Shown here in pieces: positions 34,001 to 46,842 of a DNA stretch of 64,000 nucleotides. This stretch comes from Macrostomum lignano. Taxonomy: Eukaryota. The translations under genes and the position numbers were made by a program. Location: positions 55,424 to 119,423 of the forward strand of contig NIVC01003101.1 in the NCBI GenBank assembly GCA_002269645.1, given 5' to 3'. The stretch's first letter is position 1. Each line of letters starts with the position of its first letter. The notes beneath the pieces were generated by a model, which was given only the letters and a program-made list of their open reading frames with translations, did not search any database and had not been told where the DNA came from.

Positions 34001-36578
34001 AAATAAAGCGAGCTAAACGGAGGAAAGCCAAGTCCCGCCGCCCGTGTCCCGATTTCGGGTCCGCGTCTGGGGTGGCGCTGCGGGCCTGCGCTCGCCTACT
34101 AATAGGCTATTAATACAGCGCCCCAGACTGCAGAAGACGGAAATGCAGGAAATAAGCCGGCGGGCCCCGCCCCAAACCGGCACTCCTAGAGCCCGGCGGG
34201 CCATCAGGGTCCGGTGGAGTATAAAATGCCTGGCCAGGCGGCCGTCCGACTCGGCGCAGCGTCATCCCAGCTGTCTGCATCGTTATTGTGCGGTAAGCTA
34301 GCAACTCACTCTTCATCTGGCCTGTCCAGCCTTCTCGCGCCGCCGAAATCCGTAAACTGACTGCAGGCCGAGTCAATTTGCGGAGGCTGAGATGTGCCTC
34401 ACCGTCCCGCCCGAACTAATTCCGTGGACTAAAGCAGGTGACACACTCAGGTGTTACTCGTACAGGCGCATAAGGCAAGATTTTGGCATAGCTGAAATTC
34501 CACACAGTGCGCAAAGCGAACAGGCATTTCGAATGCCGCTCAATTGGTTCGCTGCTTAGAGCATCAGCTGTGCCGAGTCTTACCATAAGCCAGTCCACTG
34601 AGCAACGTGTCTGACCCCCCTGCACTCTGCGCTTTGGCTTACTGTAGCAATAATCTGCTTCACTACGAGTATTGCGAATCGCTCGCACTTTCAGCAGTCC
34701 GGCAAAGACCAGACTGAAGACTCTGTTCACTAGGCTCCTTTTTTCTCATTTTCACCTGCAGCTCTTAAGTCATAAATAAATTTGTTACTGGGTATTCCAG
34801 TGAAAACTTGCATGAATTTTGATGACTTTTTTTGACTAATCTTGTCTGCATCGGCCGTTCTTTGAGCACCTGACGACTGGATGGCCTTGGTTGCTCACCT
34901 CAAGCCTGGAGGGAGACAAAAGCTTGCGGCCAGCAACCCCAGCGCCCCCCCCGCCCGGTCAAACACTCGATTTCGACTGAGCGACGTCGATCTGAGCAGC
35001 TGTTGCTCCGCAGTGCAGTTGTACATTCGCAAACTGCAAACACGGGCCGGGGAAGGGAGGCGGTGGGCAAACACGGAGCAGCGAGGAGAGGCAGAATTTG
35101 CCGAGGCAAACTTGGCCCAGTGTTGACTCGGAGGTAAGAGGGGGGGGGTTGAGAGCCGTCTCGATCAGCCCTGCCGAAAGCTTTTGCTATACCTATGGAA
35201 GAATAGCCGGGCTTGAAGCAGGAAATTGAGGCGGCAAGCGAACTCATCCAGAATCGTGAATAACGCAGAGCTTAAGACTTTAAATTAACGGATGAAGCAG
35301 AACTTTAAACTGAGTACTCCAGATCTCAATAGAAATCGGAGCCCGATGCGGCTTCATGAAGTGCGAGAGATTCTGGGACGTCTCATCGGCCCCGATTGCC
35401 TGCAGACTGTAGCCCGGCTCAGGGTGGGTGGGTGCATGTTTGCTCTCAGGCGTTCGGTTTCACTCTCGCTGGAGGCTACTGGGAGTTTCTCCCCAGTCTC
35501 CGGGGTGACACGATGGCGAGGGGCTTTGGAGTTTTTTGGAAGACTGCGGGGCAGGCAGCGAGCGGCGCTGCTTGGTCACGTCCGGGGGAAACCGGAGAGC
35601 AGCATCTGAGTTCCTGCGCAAACACCCGGCAACTACTTTCGCTGCATACACCCCCCCTCTATGTGCTCAGCTCATCCCCTCCATCTTGCAGATGCTGAGA
35701 CGCACACAGATATGGAGAAGGGAGGCTTGCGTGTTGACTCGAGAGACGACTGAACACTGTGGCTTTCACCGCCTGACAGGCAGGCTGTCAGACGGCCTAT
35801 CGCATTCGGTCTTCTTGGAACACACAAAATGAGCTGCCTGTAGAGCGGGGCCGCCCTTTTCCTCGGCGCTCATTTTTTGCTTCATTATTTGCATTCGCTT
35901 GCTTTTGTGGAGGCTCGGACTGCAGACTGAATACAGACGGGGAAGGGGGGGGCAAGACCGACCGACTTCGCCACCCGTGTTTGCCCAGCGCCATGATTTA
36001 CCCTGGCTGTGCAGTGCACGCGTGGCTCCAGCATCTGCCGAGCTATTTTCCTGTGTGCTTTGTTAAAAAGATGCTCAATTCGACTCGAACGTGTTCTGCT
36101 TAACAACCTCTGCTTAATTGTTGTCAAAACTTTGAGCAATGCCTCACTAACTGGGACAACATCTATACATTAGGGCGCCAAAACGAATATTCAGGACCAT
36201 AATCGCACACGGCTTTAACACATCGCAGAGTTCACTAGCGGTATAGATAAGGGAATGCACAAGCTGGCAATGTACAGGCTGTTTTGCAACAGGGTCTTAA
36301 GCACAATAGGAGCAGTGAACAAAATGTCAGTAGCTAAAATTAGCAGACATAATTTCTGACATAATTTTAAAAATAGGCATTGCGTTTGTCTCAGACTGAC
36401 AGCAGGGCTCGAGGGCGCCACAGGAAACTCTACAATAAATCCACGTTGGAATGTTTTAACAAGGAACTAAAATTATGATTATAAATAAGAATTTAAAAAC
36501 CTAAGAAGTATCTAGGTAATTATACGAGTAACACATTTTCGAGTAGACCTGTTGCTAAGTCAATCGCTATTTCAAGTA

Positions 36579-38459
36579 ATGAGGTGTCTTGGTGATTCGC
36601 AGCTCGAATCGGCAGCGCAGTTAAAGTTGATTGACCGCCACGGAGCCGGCTGGGTGAGTCAAATAAGGCCATCATGTTGAAGTTTGGCCACTGTTGTGGA
36701 GCTGCTTTTACCTGCAATGGTCTTGTAAACCCGCAGACTCCATACGCAGCCACTCGATCGCTCGAGTCATTGGCTGCTCATCTCGGCTCAGTCGCCAACA
36801 GCGACCTTGAGAGAGTGCGCTCAGTGTACAGGTGGATCACTGCTCACATTGAGTAAGAGGGGTTGCTTTTTGTTAGTTTCAATCATGAGTCAAGAGTCTA
36901 CCAGAATCGACTGCCGCCTTGGCAGGTTTGACGTGGACGGCCGCTACGGACGGCGGGCCAGACTCCCCAACGATGCAGAGTCCGTGCTGAAGAACAGAGC
37001 CGGCGTCTGCGAGGGCTATGCCAACCTGATGCTTGAGCTCTGCTCGTAAGCTCATCTTGTTATTGTCTGAATTAGTAAAACCAACTTCAAAGACTCACTT
37101 TGCTGACATTTTAGAATCCTTGGAGTTACCTGCAAAGTTATTTCTGGCTACTCAAAGGAAAACGACTCAGGTGTCACCGGGGACCAGCAGGCTGCATTCG
37201 ACCCCACTGAATTTCACGCATGGAACGCAGTGCAACTCGACGGCCGGTGGAAACTCATCGATTGCACCTGGGGAGCCGGTTTTGTCAAAGACAAAAATAA
37301 TTTCGTGAGACAGGAGAACGACTTGTACTTTCTCCCGGACCCCAAGGTGTTCATCGAGGATCATTTTCCCTTCATGAACTCTGACATGGCTGGAAGCAAG
37401 AAGTGGCAGCTGCTGAAGAAGCCGATTGACCTGGCCACCTTTCACTCTCGAGTGCGCCGGCAAAAGGCCAGCATTGAGCACCAGGTGCAGCTTGTGTCCC
37501 ACAAACAGGCTCTCATTGATGTGGACAGTGAGGTGACGCTGAAGTTCAAAGGAACTGGAAGACCACTAACGGCATTCAGCGCCAAGTTCGTCAATCCAGG
37601 TACAGGTGAGAGCATCAGCAGTGGCCTGTATATTGCCACTGTGTTAAATCATCGCAAGAACGAAGCTACCGTGACCGCAAGACCGCCAACCTGTGGAGCC
37701 TACTGGGAGCTCAGAGTGCAAGGAACGACGGAGGATAACCCCACTCATCTCATTGGCTTCGTGTCCTACAAGCTGCGGTCAACACGAGCGGTAGATCTCA
37801 GACCTTTCCCGCAATGCTTTGATGGCTTTTATGGACTGCTGAGATGCCCGCAACGATGCGGCTTCTCAAGTGAGCTCAGAGGCCGGCAAGCCTTCCGTCT
37901 CAGAGCGAGTTCCGGTGAGCTGCAGCTGAAGCTGCCTGTACAGCAGCCGGTCTCCGCATCCGCGCTCCTGCACTTTGCTGAAGACAGCGAGCCTCAGAAG
38001 CAGGCGGTGCTACTCGAGATGGACAAGAAGGCTCTGAAAGTTAGCGTCAGGATGTACCGACGCGGGTTCCACAGGCTGACCTTGTTCTGTAAGGATGTCG
38101 GCTCCGACAGCGGGTCCATTCCGGAGCTCGCAAACTTCCTGATCGAGTGCGCCAGGCCGATGAAGCGGCGAAGGCCGTTCCCCGAGTTCCTTCCCCGGTC
38201 GCTGGCGGAGCGGGTGACGCTGGACGGTCCGAGAGACGGCGAGCTGCGGGCCAACAGCGACGTCCATTTTAGGCTGAGCAGCCCCAGCCTCCGAGTGGTG
38301 ATGGTGCAGGACGGAAGTCAGACTGTGCACCGCAGGACGGGCTCCGGGTTCAGCTTCGGCGTGAGGACCGGACCGCCGGGGGCCGACCTTGCACTGTACG
38401 GAGCTCACGGAGAGGAAGATAAAAAGTTCTACTGTCTGTACAAATATAAAATCTTGTAA
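36579..38459 (+). CDS. KY/hillarin-like transglutaminase-fold protein, copy 1: join(36579..36653,36737..36852,36926..37045,37115..38459); true start uncertain
   Basis: Triad motifs GVCEGYA (Cys), FHAWNAVQLDG (His) and LIDCTWG (Asp), plus YFLPDPKVFIEDHFP. Exons of 116 and 120 nt with phase-2 junctions are shared with the paralogues. Confidence 0.85.
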
Positions 38460-39333
38460 ACTTGTGAGCGTATGGTTCTAGAATTTCACAAACCTACAAT
38501 GCTACTTAAAACTCAAATTGACATAGTAGTATCATGTGCAAATGCAAATTTCGAGGTTTTAAATGTCTATTCAGATTTACCATGCTTTTTCCACATCTCA
38601 GGTAATTTTCCGATTGAATTCAAACTTTATGCTATCTTTGTTAAAATTGAATTTTACTCTCAAAATTAATTTGCATTAATTTGACCAAGGAAACTGTTTG
38701 AACCAGTTTCAAATCAGGATGCAAAACTTTTCGATGCCTTTCATTAACTTGAAATCCAGACACTGTGCCACAGTTTCTACACTCAAACTACATGTCTCTA
38801 CAGAACTCACAAGAGCTTTAAAATAAAATAAATGAGCTTTTCCACCTAATTTGCTCACAATTTTTGTATAATTTAGAATTAAATTAATTAAATATTTAAA
38901 AGTGCTTCAAATCACCTGCGTTATAATAGTTCTATCGCTGCGAATGGAAACGCAACGATCAGCTTGAGAGCAAAGAAGTTTGCATAAAGCCGGCGGTTTC
39001 ACCCGCGACTTTATCAGCATGCGCTGCTCCGTACTGTTCGTAGCCAAGGGCTCAACCTCTGGGCGCAGACTGAGTAGGGAAAGAGAGCTGACCTATTTGA
39101 TATTCTGGTTGCCATACCAACTAGTATAGGCAGCGAGAATACACTGTAGGACACGCAAATTTTCAGTGCAAACGACTACGTGAAGCACTGATATCAACTC
39201 TTCTTTTAGTAGAATAAAAACTACAGCAGCAGGATGCTGCCTGCTGCCAGTGCTCGTATCTTATCGCACCGCTGCGGCTTAAAAGAACTTGCCGGGAGTC
39301 TCAGGCAAGTTTGCACAGGACAGCCGCGCACAC

Positions 39334-42264
39334 ATGGGTTGCTGCTGCAGCAAGTCTTCCAGCGTTGCTCCTCTGGGTCAGGCTGACCCAAGAAATGGCA
39401 AAGCGCAAGTGCAGGCGCTCCCGCAGCAGTTAGATGCAGCGCAGCTCAGGACTCAGGATAAAACAGAGCCATGGCTTTTCCAGCCTCGGAGCGTAAATGC
39501 ATCAGCGGTGCCAAAAATCCAGACTAAATGGAGCAATGATGACGTAAGCAAACGATTAAAAGGAAGATTAATCATTTCTGAGTTTAAATAAGTGTAATAA
39601 ATTAGTTTTATTGTAAGTTTCATAAAAAAAAGCATGAAAATTTTTTCACTTGCTCAAGGTCAAGCCCAAGGTCGAGCCCAAGGTCAAGCCCAAGGTCGAG
39701 CCCAAGGTCGAGCCCAAGGTCGAGCCCAAGGTCGAGCCCAAGGTCGAGCCCAAGGTCGAGCCCAAGGTCGAGCCCAAGGTCGAGCCCAAGGTCGAGCCCA
39801 AGGTCGAGCCCAAGGTCGAGCCAAAGGTCGAGCCCAAGGTCGAGCCCAAGGTCGAGCCGCAGTCCATAATTTTTAAGCCGGATATTGCAGCACTCAAGCA
39901 TATCGATGAGCATGTCAAAAGGATGCGTTGCGCTTCGATAAGGAGAGTGGAAAAGCTCGCATGAGCATTCGACTAATTTAAAATTTTCAGACTCCCCTAG
40001 CAGCAAGGAGGTCCCTGGAGTCTCTGGCTGCCAACCTGGGCTCAGCTGCCACTTCCGATCTACAAATCTACAAATGGATACAATGGGTCTACAAATGGAT
40101 CACTGGAAATATCAGGTCGGTTCTTTTACAATCTATTTCAAGATTCATAGCAGACCAAGTATTGATGTGCATGCAGTTATGGAATTTTTCGAAAGGAGGC
40201 GTGACATGCCTTGTCAATGCGCGCATGTGCAGCAAACTATAAATAATTTTGCCTGGCCCTCAACCCTTCTTAAGACTTAATAAAAGTCTAAATAAAAATT
40301 ATTATTTTTTATTTTAGCTACGATGTGGATGGCTACTTCGGAAAGAAAGATAAGTCACCGAACGACGCCGCGTCTGTTCTGCGGACGGGAAAGTCTGTGT
40401 GCGAAGGATACGCCACGATATGCCTCAGTCTGTGTCAGTAAGTTTCAGGAGTCAAGTAAAGTGCACAGCCAAATTAAAGAACTAAATATTCGTACACTGC
40501 TACCGCAGAACTTTTAATTCGCCTGTAAAATGAAGGCTTCAGTCATTGAAACCAATTGTAGACTCTTAGGCATCGAGTGCGTCAAGATCAGTGGCTACTC
40601 GAAAGGATTTAGCTATAATCCGACTAAACCGCTTACGACTGACAAGGACACCAGTCACGCATGGAACGCTGTGAAATTGAACGGCCAATGGCGACTCATT
40701 GACACCACCTGGGGCGCTGGTCCCGTCAATTCCGATCACAAGTTTGAAAGAAACGAGACTGACTTTTACTTTCTCACAGATCCCGAGGTGTTCATCGAAG
40801 CGCACTTTCCCTATATCAACTCCGACATGGCCGAGAGCAAGAAGTGGCAACTGCTGAAGAACCCGATCGATCTGAGCACTTTCAGCAGCCGAGTACGAGC
40901 TAAAGCGAGAAAAAGCTTGCATTGAGCACCAGGTCGAGCTCGTGTCTCACAAAAAAGCTCTCGTTGATGTAGACGGCGAGGTGACGCTGAAGTTCAGAGG
41001 AACCGGAAGACCACTGACGTCATTCAGTGCAAATTTCGTAAACCCGAGCACAGGCGAGAGACTGAGCAGTGACAAGTACGTTGCTACAGTGCTCGATCAC
41101 CACAAAAACGAGGTCACGGTGACTGCACGACCTCCATCGAGTGGCGTCTACTGGAAACTGGACGTGTTTGGAAAAACGAATGAAGCTGCAAAGACATCCG
41201 ACTGCATCGTGTCGTACCACCTTCAGTCCAAGTCTGACCGCCATCTACCCGAATTTCCTGACAACAGTCTGGGATACTACGGACTGCACGAGAGTCCAGA
41301 GAAGGCTGGATTCACAAAAGACTGCGTTAATTGTGGTTTTTTTATTAAAAATCAAGGTGGAGTTCATGCTTTGGAAATTCCATTTACAAAGCCGAAGCAA
41401 GCTTTGGCGAAGCTTATTTTCGCTAATGACTCAAAGCCGGATAAGCGAGCGTGTGCCGTTGAAGTGACTAACAATTGTCTGAGGATCAACCTACGAATGC
41501 GTCGGATTGGGTATTACGTGTTGCAACTGTTTTTTAAGGAATTTAACGCACAGGATAGTGCGTTTTCCTGCCTGGCTGTTTTTCTTATTGAATGTACGAC
41601 GGCGTTGAGCGCCCTAGAGATGTTTCCTGACTATAATGGCTTCTACGGGATTCAATTGAATCCGAAGGATTTCAGTTTTGCACACCAATTTGTTACCGAA
41701 ACCGAGTTCTTCATAAAAGATTCTGACGGGCAGTGCGAACTAAAATTTCCAACGACTGAGCTCGTCTACGCCGTGGTTTCGCTCTGCAGTGCCGATGATA
41801 GCGCAGACATACGAGAATTCAGCCTTGTGGAGACCAAGAAAGACTATTTGAAAGTCAACATCAGAATGAGCCGAAATTTTTTTTATAAACTTCAACTTTT
41901 TTGCAAGCCTAGTAACTCAAACAGGGAAAGCTATAAGCTACTTGCGAATTTCCTAATCGAGTGCACACGGCCACTTGATCAACCGAGGCAGTTCCCAGAG
42001 ACCTATGCAAGTTTCTCCAAAGAACAAGTGTCCTTAGAGAGTCCGCGCGATGGTGAGCTGTCAGCAAACTCTGAAGTTGTGTTCAAATTGACCTCTCCGA
42101 CGCTGAAGAAGCTGATGGTGAATAGCAGCGTTCACAGCAGGACTGAGGCAGGCTTTGAATTCGTAGTGAGAACTGGACCAGCTGGCAGCGACCTGACGGT
42201 GTACGGGTCCGCTGACAAGAGTGCCAACTCATATGTCGGACTCTGCAAATACCGTGTCGTGTGA
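39334..42264 (+). pseudogene. KY-like copy 2, probably disabled; carries an extra C-terminal repeat module
   Basis: Exons 39334-39543 (MGCCCSK), ~39863-39922, 39991-40115, 40318-40437 and 40562-42264. The expected donor at 39923 reads AT instead of GT. A 7-nt insertion (cgagcta, 40896-40902) relative to copy 4 causes a frameshift and stop at 40925. Confidence 0.75.
39655..39860. repeat. 12-bp minisatellite in KY copy 2 intron 1
   Basis: Tandem caaggtcgagcc ending just before a gcag acceptor-like site. Confidence 0.95.
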
Positions 42265-43454
42265 CGGCGTAACAAACTTACACTAAAATAATTTGCGTAT
42301 CCACTCTGTACTTTTTATGACTTCCTAAATGATAGTTGTGTCCAAGCTAAACTTTGCATTGGTGTATTGGATAAAATTCAGAGGTTGTCTAGAGTCTTTC
42401 TATGAATAGTTAATCGTCTGATCTTGTCCGCCTGATTGTCCCAGATCACAGCACCCAGGAGATCGATTTTAGGGAGAAAAAAGTACGAAACAGTTAAATT
42501 GAACTTTTCGTCTTTTTTGGACACCTCGAGATGAAAGAAATAAAAAGCTAAAAAATGGCGGTAGCTTCATGTTTCCTTGCACTTTTTGTATCTTTAGATG
42601 TACTTTTAACTGACGGAGGAGGAAGATGCTCCATTGAAATTCCCATTTCACCTTACAGGCCACCAGCTACCAAATCTTTTGTCAATTGAAATACATATAA
42701 CAATACCAAAATTGCAAGAAAACGTGATGCTATCGCCATTTATTTTGTTTTTTTTCCTTTTCCCGTTTGCGTTTTAGATAATTTCAACTTAGCAAATTTT
42801 TAATGTAATTATTTAAAACATAGTTGTCCCAGTGATATTTGAAAGTCAATTTACACATAGTTTTACTGACAAAATTTCGTAATATTTTTATCCAGGCAAG
42901 ACTTCGTGTACAAGCTCGATCGATTTCTGAAATTTGGTTTGTCATTTTGTCAGTTTTATTATTTACGTAGAGGTTTGAAACCTTCGAATAGCTATTGTTG
43001 ATTTCAAAGACCTCAGGGTAATTTTAAACAGTGGGAAATGATTATAAACCTAAATATTTTATATATTATATATTTATATTAACGTATTATTATTATTATT
43101 GATACACTTATGCAGACGGCTAGAGTTGCGACAGTGCAGCGAACACTGGGGATGTGGAAGTGACACCAAAAACCTAGATAGATTATTGGAAAAAGAACTT
43201 GGGAAAATAGTCAGATCAAAGGCCAGCGTCCTATTCACACAACACTTGATTAGCTGAATCAAAGGCCAGCGTCCTATACTTCACAACGGGCCTTAGTTTT
43301 GTGAACATCAGCAATATTATTTATGACATTATCGCAAAAAATAAAAACCTCAGTACTCGTAGATCCTATATAAAGTTACGACCTAAAAACCGGATAGCTA
43401 TTGCTTTTGAATCCGGTGAAAGATAGAAAAACATGGACAATCAGCATTGAGCAG

Positions 43455-43548
43455 AGAACTGATCTTCTTGTGCTACCAATACGAGCATGGCGCAAAGCTG
43501 AAGAATATCGACGAACACGTCAGAATAGTGAGTAAAGAGAAGAGAATC
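43455..43548 (+). pseudogene. Orphan KY-like first-exon remnant (copy 3)
   Basis: AKLKNIDEHVRI|gtgagtaaagagaagagaatc matches copy 4 exon 1 end KKIDEHVRK|gtgagtaaagagaagagaatc, including 21 intronic bases. No downstream exons of its own were found. Confidence 0.7.
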
Positions 43549-43960
43549 AGCAAAGTCAGCAAAGTCAGCAAAGTCAGCAAAGTCAGCAAAGTCAACAAAG
43601 TCAGCAAAGTCAGCAAAGTCAGCAAAGTCAGCAAAGTCAGCAAAGTCAGCAAAGTCAACAAAGTCAGCAAAGTCAGCAAAGTCAGCAAAGTCAGCAAAGT
43701 CAACAAAGTCGGCAAAGTCAGCAAAGTCAGCAAAGTCAGCAAAGTCAGCAAAGTCGGCAAAGTCAGCAAAGTCAGCAAAGTCAACAAAGTCAGCAAAGTC
43801 AGCAAAGTCAACAAAGTCAGCAAAGTCAGCAAAGTCAGCAAAGTCAGCAAAGTCAGCAAAGTCAGCAAAGTCGGCAAAGTCAGCAAAGTCAGCAAAGTCA
43901 GCAAAGTCAGCAAAGTCAGCAAAGTCAGCAAATTCGGCAATGTCAGCAAAGTCAGCACTC
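43547..43960. repeat. 9-bp minisatellite
   Basis: About 45 copies of agcaaagtc. Confidence 0.97.
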
Positions 43961-44224
43961 AGCAAATTGGGCAAAGTCTTATTCACAAAATACGAGTACT
44001 TGATTATCTGCTAAATCCTTCACAACAGACCTCAGTTTTATGAAAATCAAAGCACAGCAGCATCATTTTTTTGCTGGACACCTTGCAGAAAAACTGAAAC
44101 CTTTATATGTTATTAGAAAGTTGCGAGGCAGAAAATGATATGAAAATTAATTAGAATGATTCGCAAAATGATTTTTATTCCGAAAATTCTGCGTTTTGTA
44201 ATGAAAAATCTATGCTGTTGCTAT

Positions 44225-44925
44225 TGTTGTGTCTCGGCCTAATGGCCGCTGGACGGGTCAAGGTTCGGGCCCTCCCCGCCTGAGACACCCCTGTCCCAGC
44301 CCTCACCCCGGCTATTCCTACCCTGTCTCGCTCGGTTCGGCGAGAGTTCGCCTGACCGAACACCCTGGGATCGGCGAGAGTTCACCGTTCCCAGGTCCCT
44401 GCAGATCCCGGCCCCACGCGGCAACCCAGAAGAACGAAAGCTCGAGCTCACCTCCTCTTGATATATCGAGTTACTAACGAAGCGTTTATTGGCCCGAAGC
44501 AGTTATTGGCACGCGAAGGCAGAGGTACGCCGATGAACGCAAAAACAGTAAGAACGAAGCGGACACCAATAGAGAGCAAACGTGGAGCGCAGCCCGCTCA
44601 GGGCTAGCATTTAAATAATACACAAAAAAGGGGGAGGGGTGGGGCAGAATGGAGACGGCGAGCCAAACCCTGGGGCCCAGCCGGCTTATCAGCCAGCCAG
44701 CCAATACGAGCAGCCCCAGGGTGAGGCGGGCAACGAGGGAGGGGGGGGGCACCCAGATTGGACAGAGATTGGGCCGGGGGCTGGGTGCAAAGGGCTAGGC
44801 CAGGGTTGAGACTTACGCCTCTCACAAACCCTGGCCCGGGCGCGAGACGGGGGACGGGGCGGGGTGGCATGAAAACTGAAAACAAAAGTACGAGTACATA
44901 CACACTGGAAGGGCGCAGCCCAACA
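44225..44925 (-). repeat. 3' LTR
   Basis: Direct repeat of 52167-52868. The only difference seen is G9 vs G10 in one homopolymer. In element sense it has TATA-like tatttaaa and an aataaa signal. Confidence 0.97.
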
Positions 44926-44938
44926 TCCTCCCCCTCCA
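44926..44938 (-). other. Polypurine tract
   Basis: Element-sense ggagggggagga immediately precedes the 3' LTR TG. Confidence 0.9.
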
Positions 44939-45165
44939 AGAAAAAGAAGAGGAGAAAGGGGATGTCAAGCAAAAAGCAACGCATGAACAAGCAAGTCTGA
45001 AAAAAAGTTTATTCAAGAAACGACGGCCGAAAAATAACAGAAAAACTTTGACGCGACGCGTGGATATCGCCGGCATTACAAAAAACAAAAACGAAAAAAT
45101 GAAAACGGGACACAAACTATTGCGTACGCAAAAATTGAAAACGGGCTTAAGAACGCAATTCTACT

Positions 45166-46842
45166 CTACAATCGGCCAAAAAATCTACTACAGTTGGTCG
45201 CAAACAGTCGAGTCCAGTACCTGCGATCACATTCACTGTCCGCTAGGGCTTCCGGCACGAACTTGATGGCTGTCGGGTCCTTGGGGTCTCCACCAAACGG
45301 TGCGGCCGATGTCACTAGCAGGCGCTGCCGCGGGAGACGCTTAGCCCGTTGGACCGCTCGCGGGGATCCTCGGCACCGAGCGGACACCTCGAAGAAGACC
45401 CCGTGGCACTTGCTCACCAGCGCGGCCTCGACGGCCTCCGGCAAGTCCAGGTCCTCGGCCAGCATGACGCTCATCGCTTGAAACTCCGGCTGCCGGAGGA
45501 ATCCTAGGGCGACCGCCCAGGCAGGTTCGCCGCCTTCAACTCGGAACAAAACCGGCAGGCCGAACTCCTTGGCAAGCAAGAACTGCTCCATCGCCGCCGT
45601 TAACTGGTCCTGGCGCTGCGACCTCTCAGCGTCCCAATTGAGCTCGACTTCGCCGACCGCCACGACACGCGGCCAGCTACCCGCTAGAAATCGTCGTACA
45701 TCGTCTCGCAGCGATGGCCACCACGGTGCAGCACTGGCCTTCAGGCCCAGGGCGAACACGATCCGTCGGTCTTGCAGCAGTGGTCGGACAACGGGACATT
45801 CTAGACGCAGGCAGTACGGCGAGTTTACAGCCGCTAGACATCGACGCACGCCACGAAGGTCCTCGGGCTGAATCGACCGGCCCAGCCTCGTTAGGTATGC
45901 CTTTGCATCGACGAGACGCTTAGCCGAGCTGACCTTGCGCTGATTCGGGTCGTCACGGGGGGAGACCTCCTGGACCGTGTCGGCCGGTCGTACTTGCTCG
46001 GGGTCGACACCCGTTAACTCTTCGGTCGCCAAGTCGCGCTGGGCCGTCAGCGGAGTCTGCGAAAGGTGCGGCCCGTCACTCCCCTCCTCCGGGCGCCGCG
46101 CGAGGCCAGGATCCACTAAGAGAGACAGACCCCGGAGCCTCCCCAACAAGGGACCCCCCAACTCACACAGCTCAAAACCCCGCACAGCCAACAACACGCA
46201 CTCAAACGCCGCCTGCAGCACCGAAGGCGGGACCCTCCGACACCTCCCGGAACCACCACCAGAACCTCTCTTCCGCCCATACTGATTGCACAGAAACGAC
46301 ACAGACACTGCTAAGAATCTAGACAACTGCTCAGGCACACTCACACCAGCCCCATCAAGAAACCTCGCCACCTCCTGAACCACCAGGCAAGCTCCTTCAC
46401 TATCCCCAGCCCTCAACCGCGCCAGCAGCGCACCCCTCAGCCGCCTACACTCAGCAAGCGCAGCCGGAGCCAATAACTCGGCTGGGATCTCCGCGTGAAC
46501 TGGAGCTTCCCCTGCGGCGCTTCCCTTAAGACTAGCCAAAGCTAACCTGACCTGCTCGGGCAACTCAACGTCAGGGGGAGGATTGAAAAAGTAGGCGTAC
46601 TTTAACACCCCTTGACACGCTGCCTCCCCAACCCGATCGTATACTTCCCGAAACACTGGGTCAGATAAAACGCACATCGCCATCACGTCTCGCTGAGACT
46701 CCGGAGACTCTACCTCGGCAGGACAGACGCGGGGCCGCTTTGAGTACAGACGACTACACGCTGCCTCAATCTCCGCAGAGTTAGCAGTCCGACCCACGCC
46801 TAACACGCCATACAAATCAGTCGGTGTCGTTGGCGACGACAT
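45166..46842 (-). CDS. Retrotransposon ORF3 (558 aa from ATG 46842): J-domain-like N-terminus plus TatD-fold C-terminus
   Basis: N-terminus DLYGVLGVGRTANSAEIEAACSRL...VLSDPVFREVYDRVGE follows the DnaJ pattern. The C-terminal ~250 aa have LVDAKAYL, RVVAVGEVELNW, AKEFGLPV, LPRQRLLVTSAAPF and TNCSRFF, in the order and spacing of TatD motifs. Confidence 0.82.
   Translation of the reverse strand: MSSPTTPTDLYGVLGVGRTANSAEIEAACSRLYSKRPRVCPAEVESPESQRDVMAMCVLSDPVFREVYDRVGEAACQGVLKYAYFFNPPPDVELPEQVRLALASLKGSAAGEAPVHAEIPAELLAPAALAECRRLRGALLARLRAGDSEGACLVVQEVARFLDGAGVSVPEQLSRFLAVSVSFLCNQYGRKRGSGGGSGRCRRVPPSVLQAAFECVLLAVRGFELCELGGPLLGRLRGLSLLVDPGLARRPEEGSDGPHLSQTPLTAQRDLATEELTGVDPEQVRPADTVQEVSPRDDPNQRKVSSAKRLVDAKAYLTRLGRSIQPEDLRGVRRCLAAVNSPYCLRLECPVVRPLLQDRRIVFALGLKASAAPWWPSLRDDVRRFLAGSWPRVVAVGEVELNWDAERSQRQDQLTAAMEQFLLAKEFGLPVLFRVEGGEPAWAVALGFLRQPEFQAMSVMLAEDLDLPEAVEAALVSKCHGVFFEVSARCRGSPRAVQRAKRLPRQRLLVTSAAPFGGDPKDPTAIKFVPEALADSECDRRYWTRLFATNCSRFFGRL

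Noticed and set aside
39620-44043. Poly-KVEP/LGLD and poly-SKV/FAD ORFs
   Set aside because: They are 12-bp and 9-bp tandem repeats with no stop in most frames.
44175-45115. Duplicated short ORFs at 44175-44752 and 52090-52874
   Set aside because: Incidental frames in the two GC-rich LTR copies.
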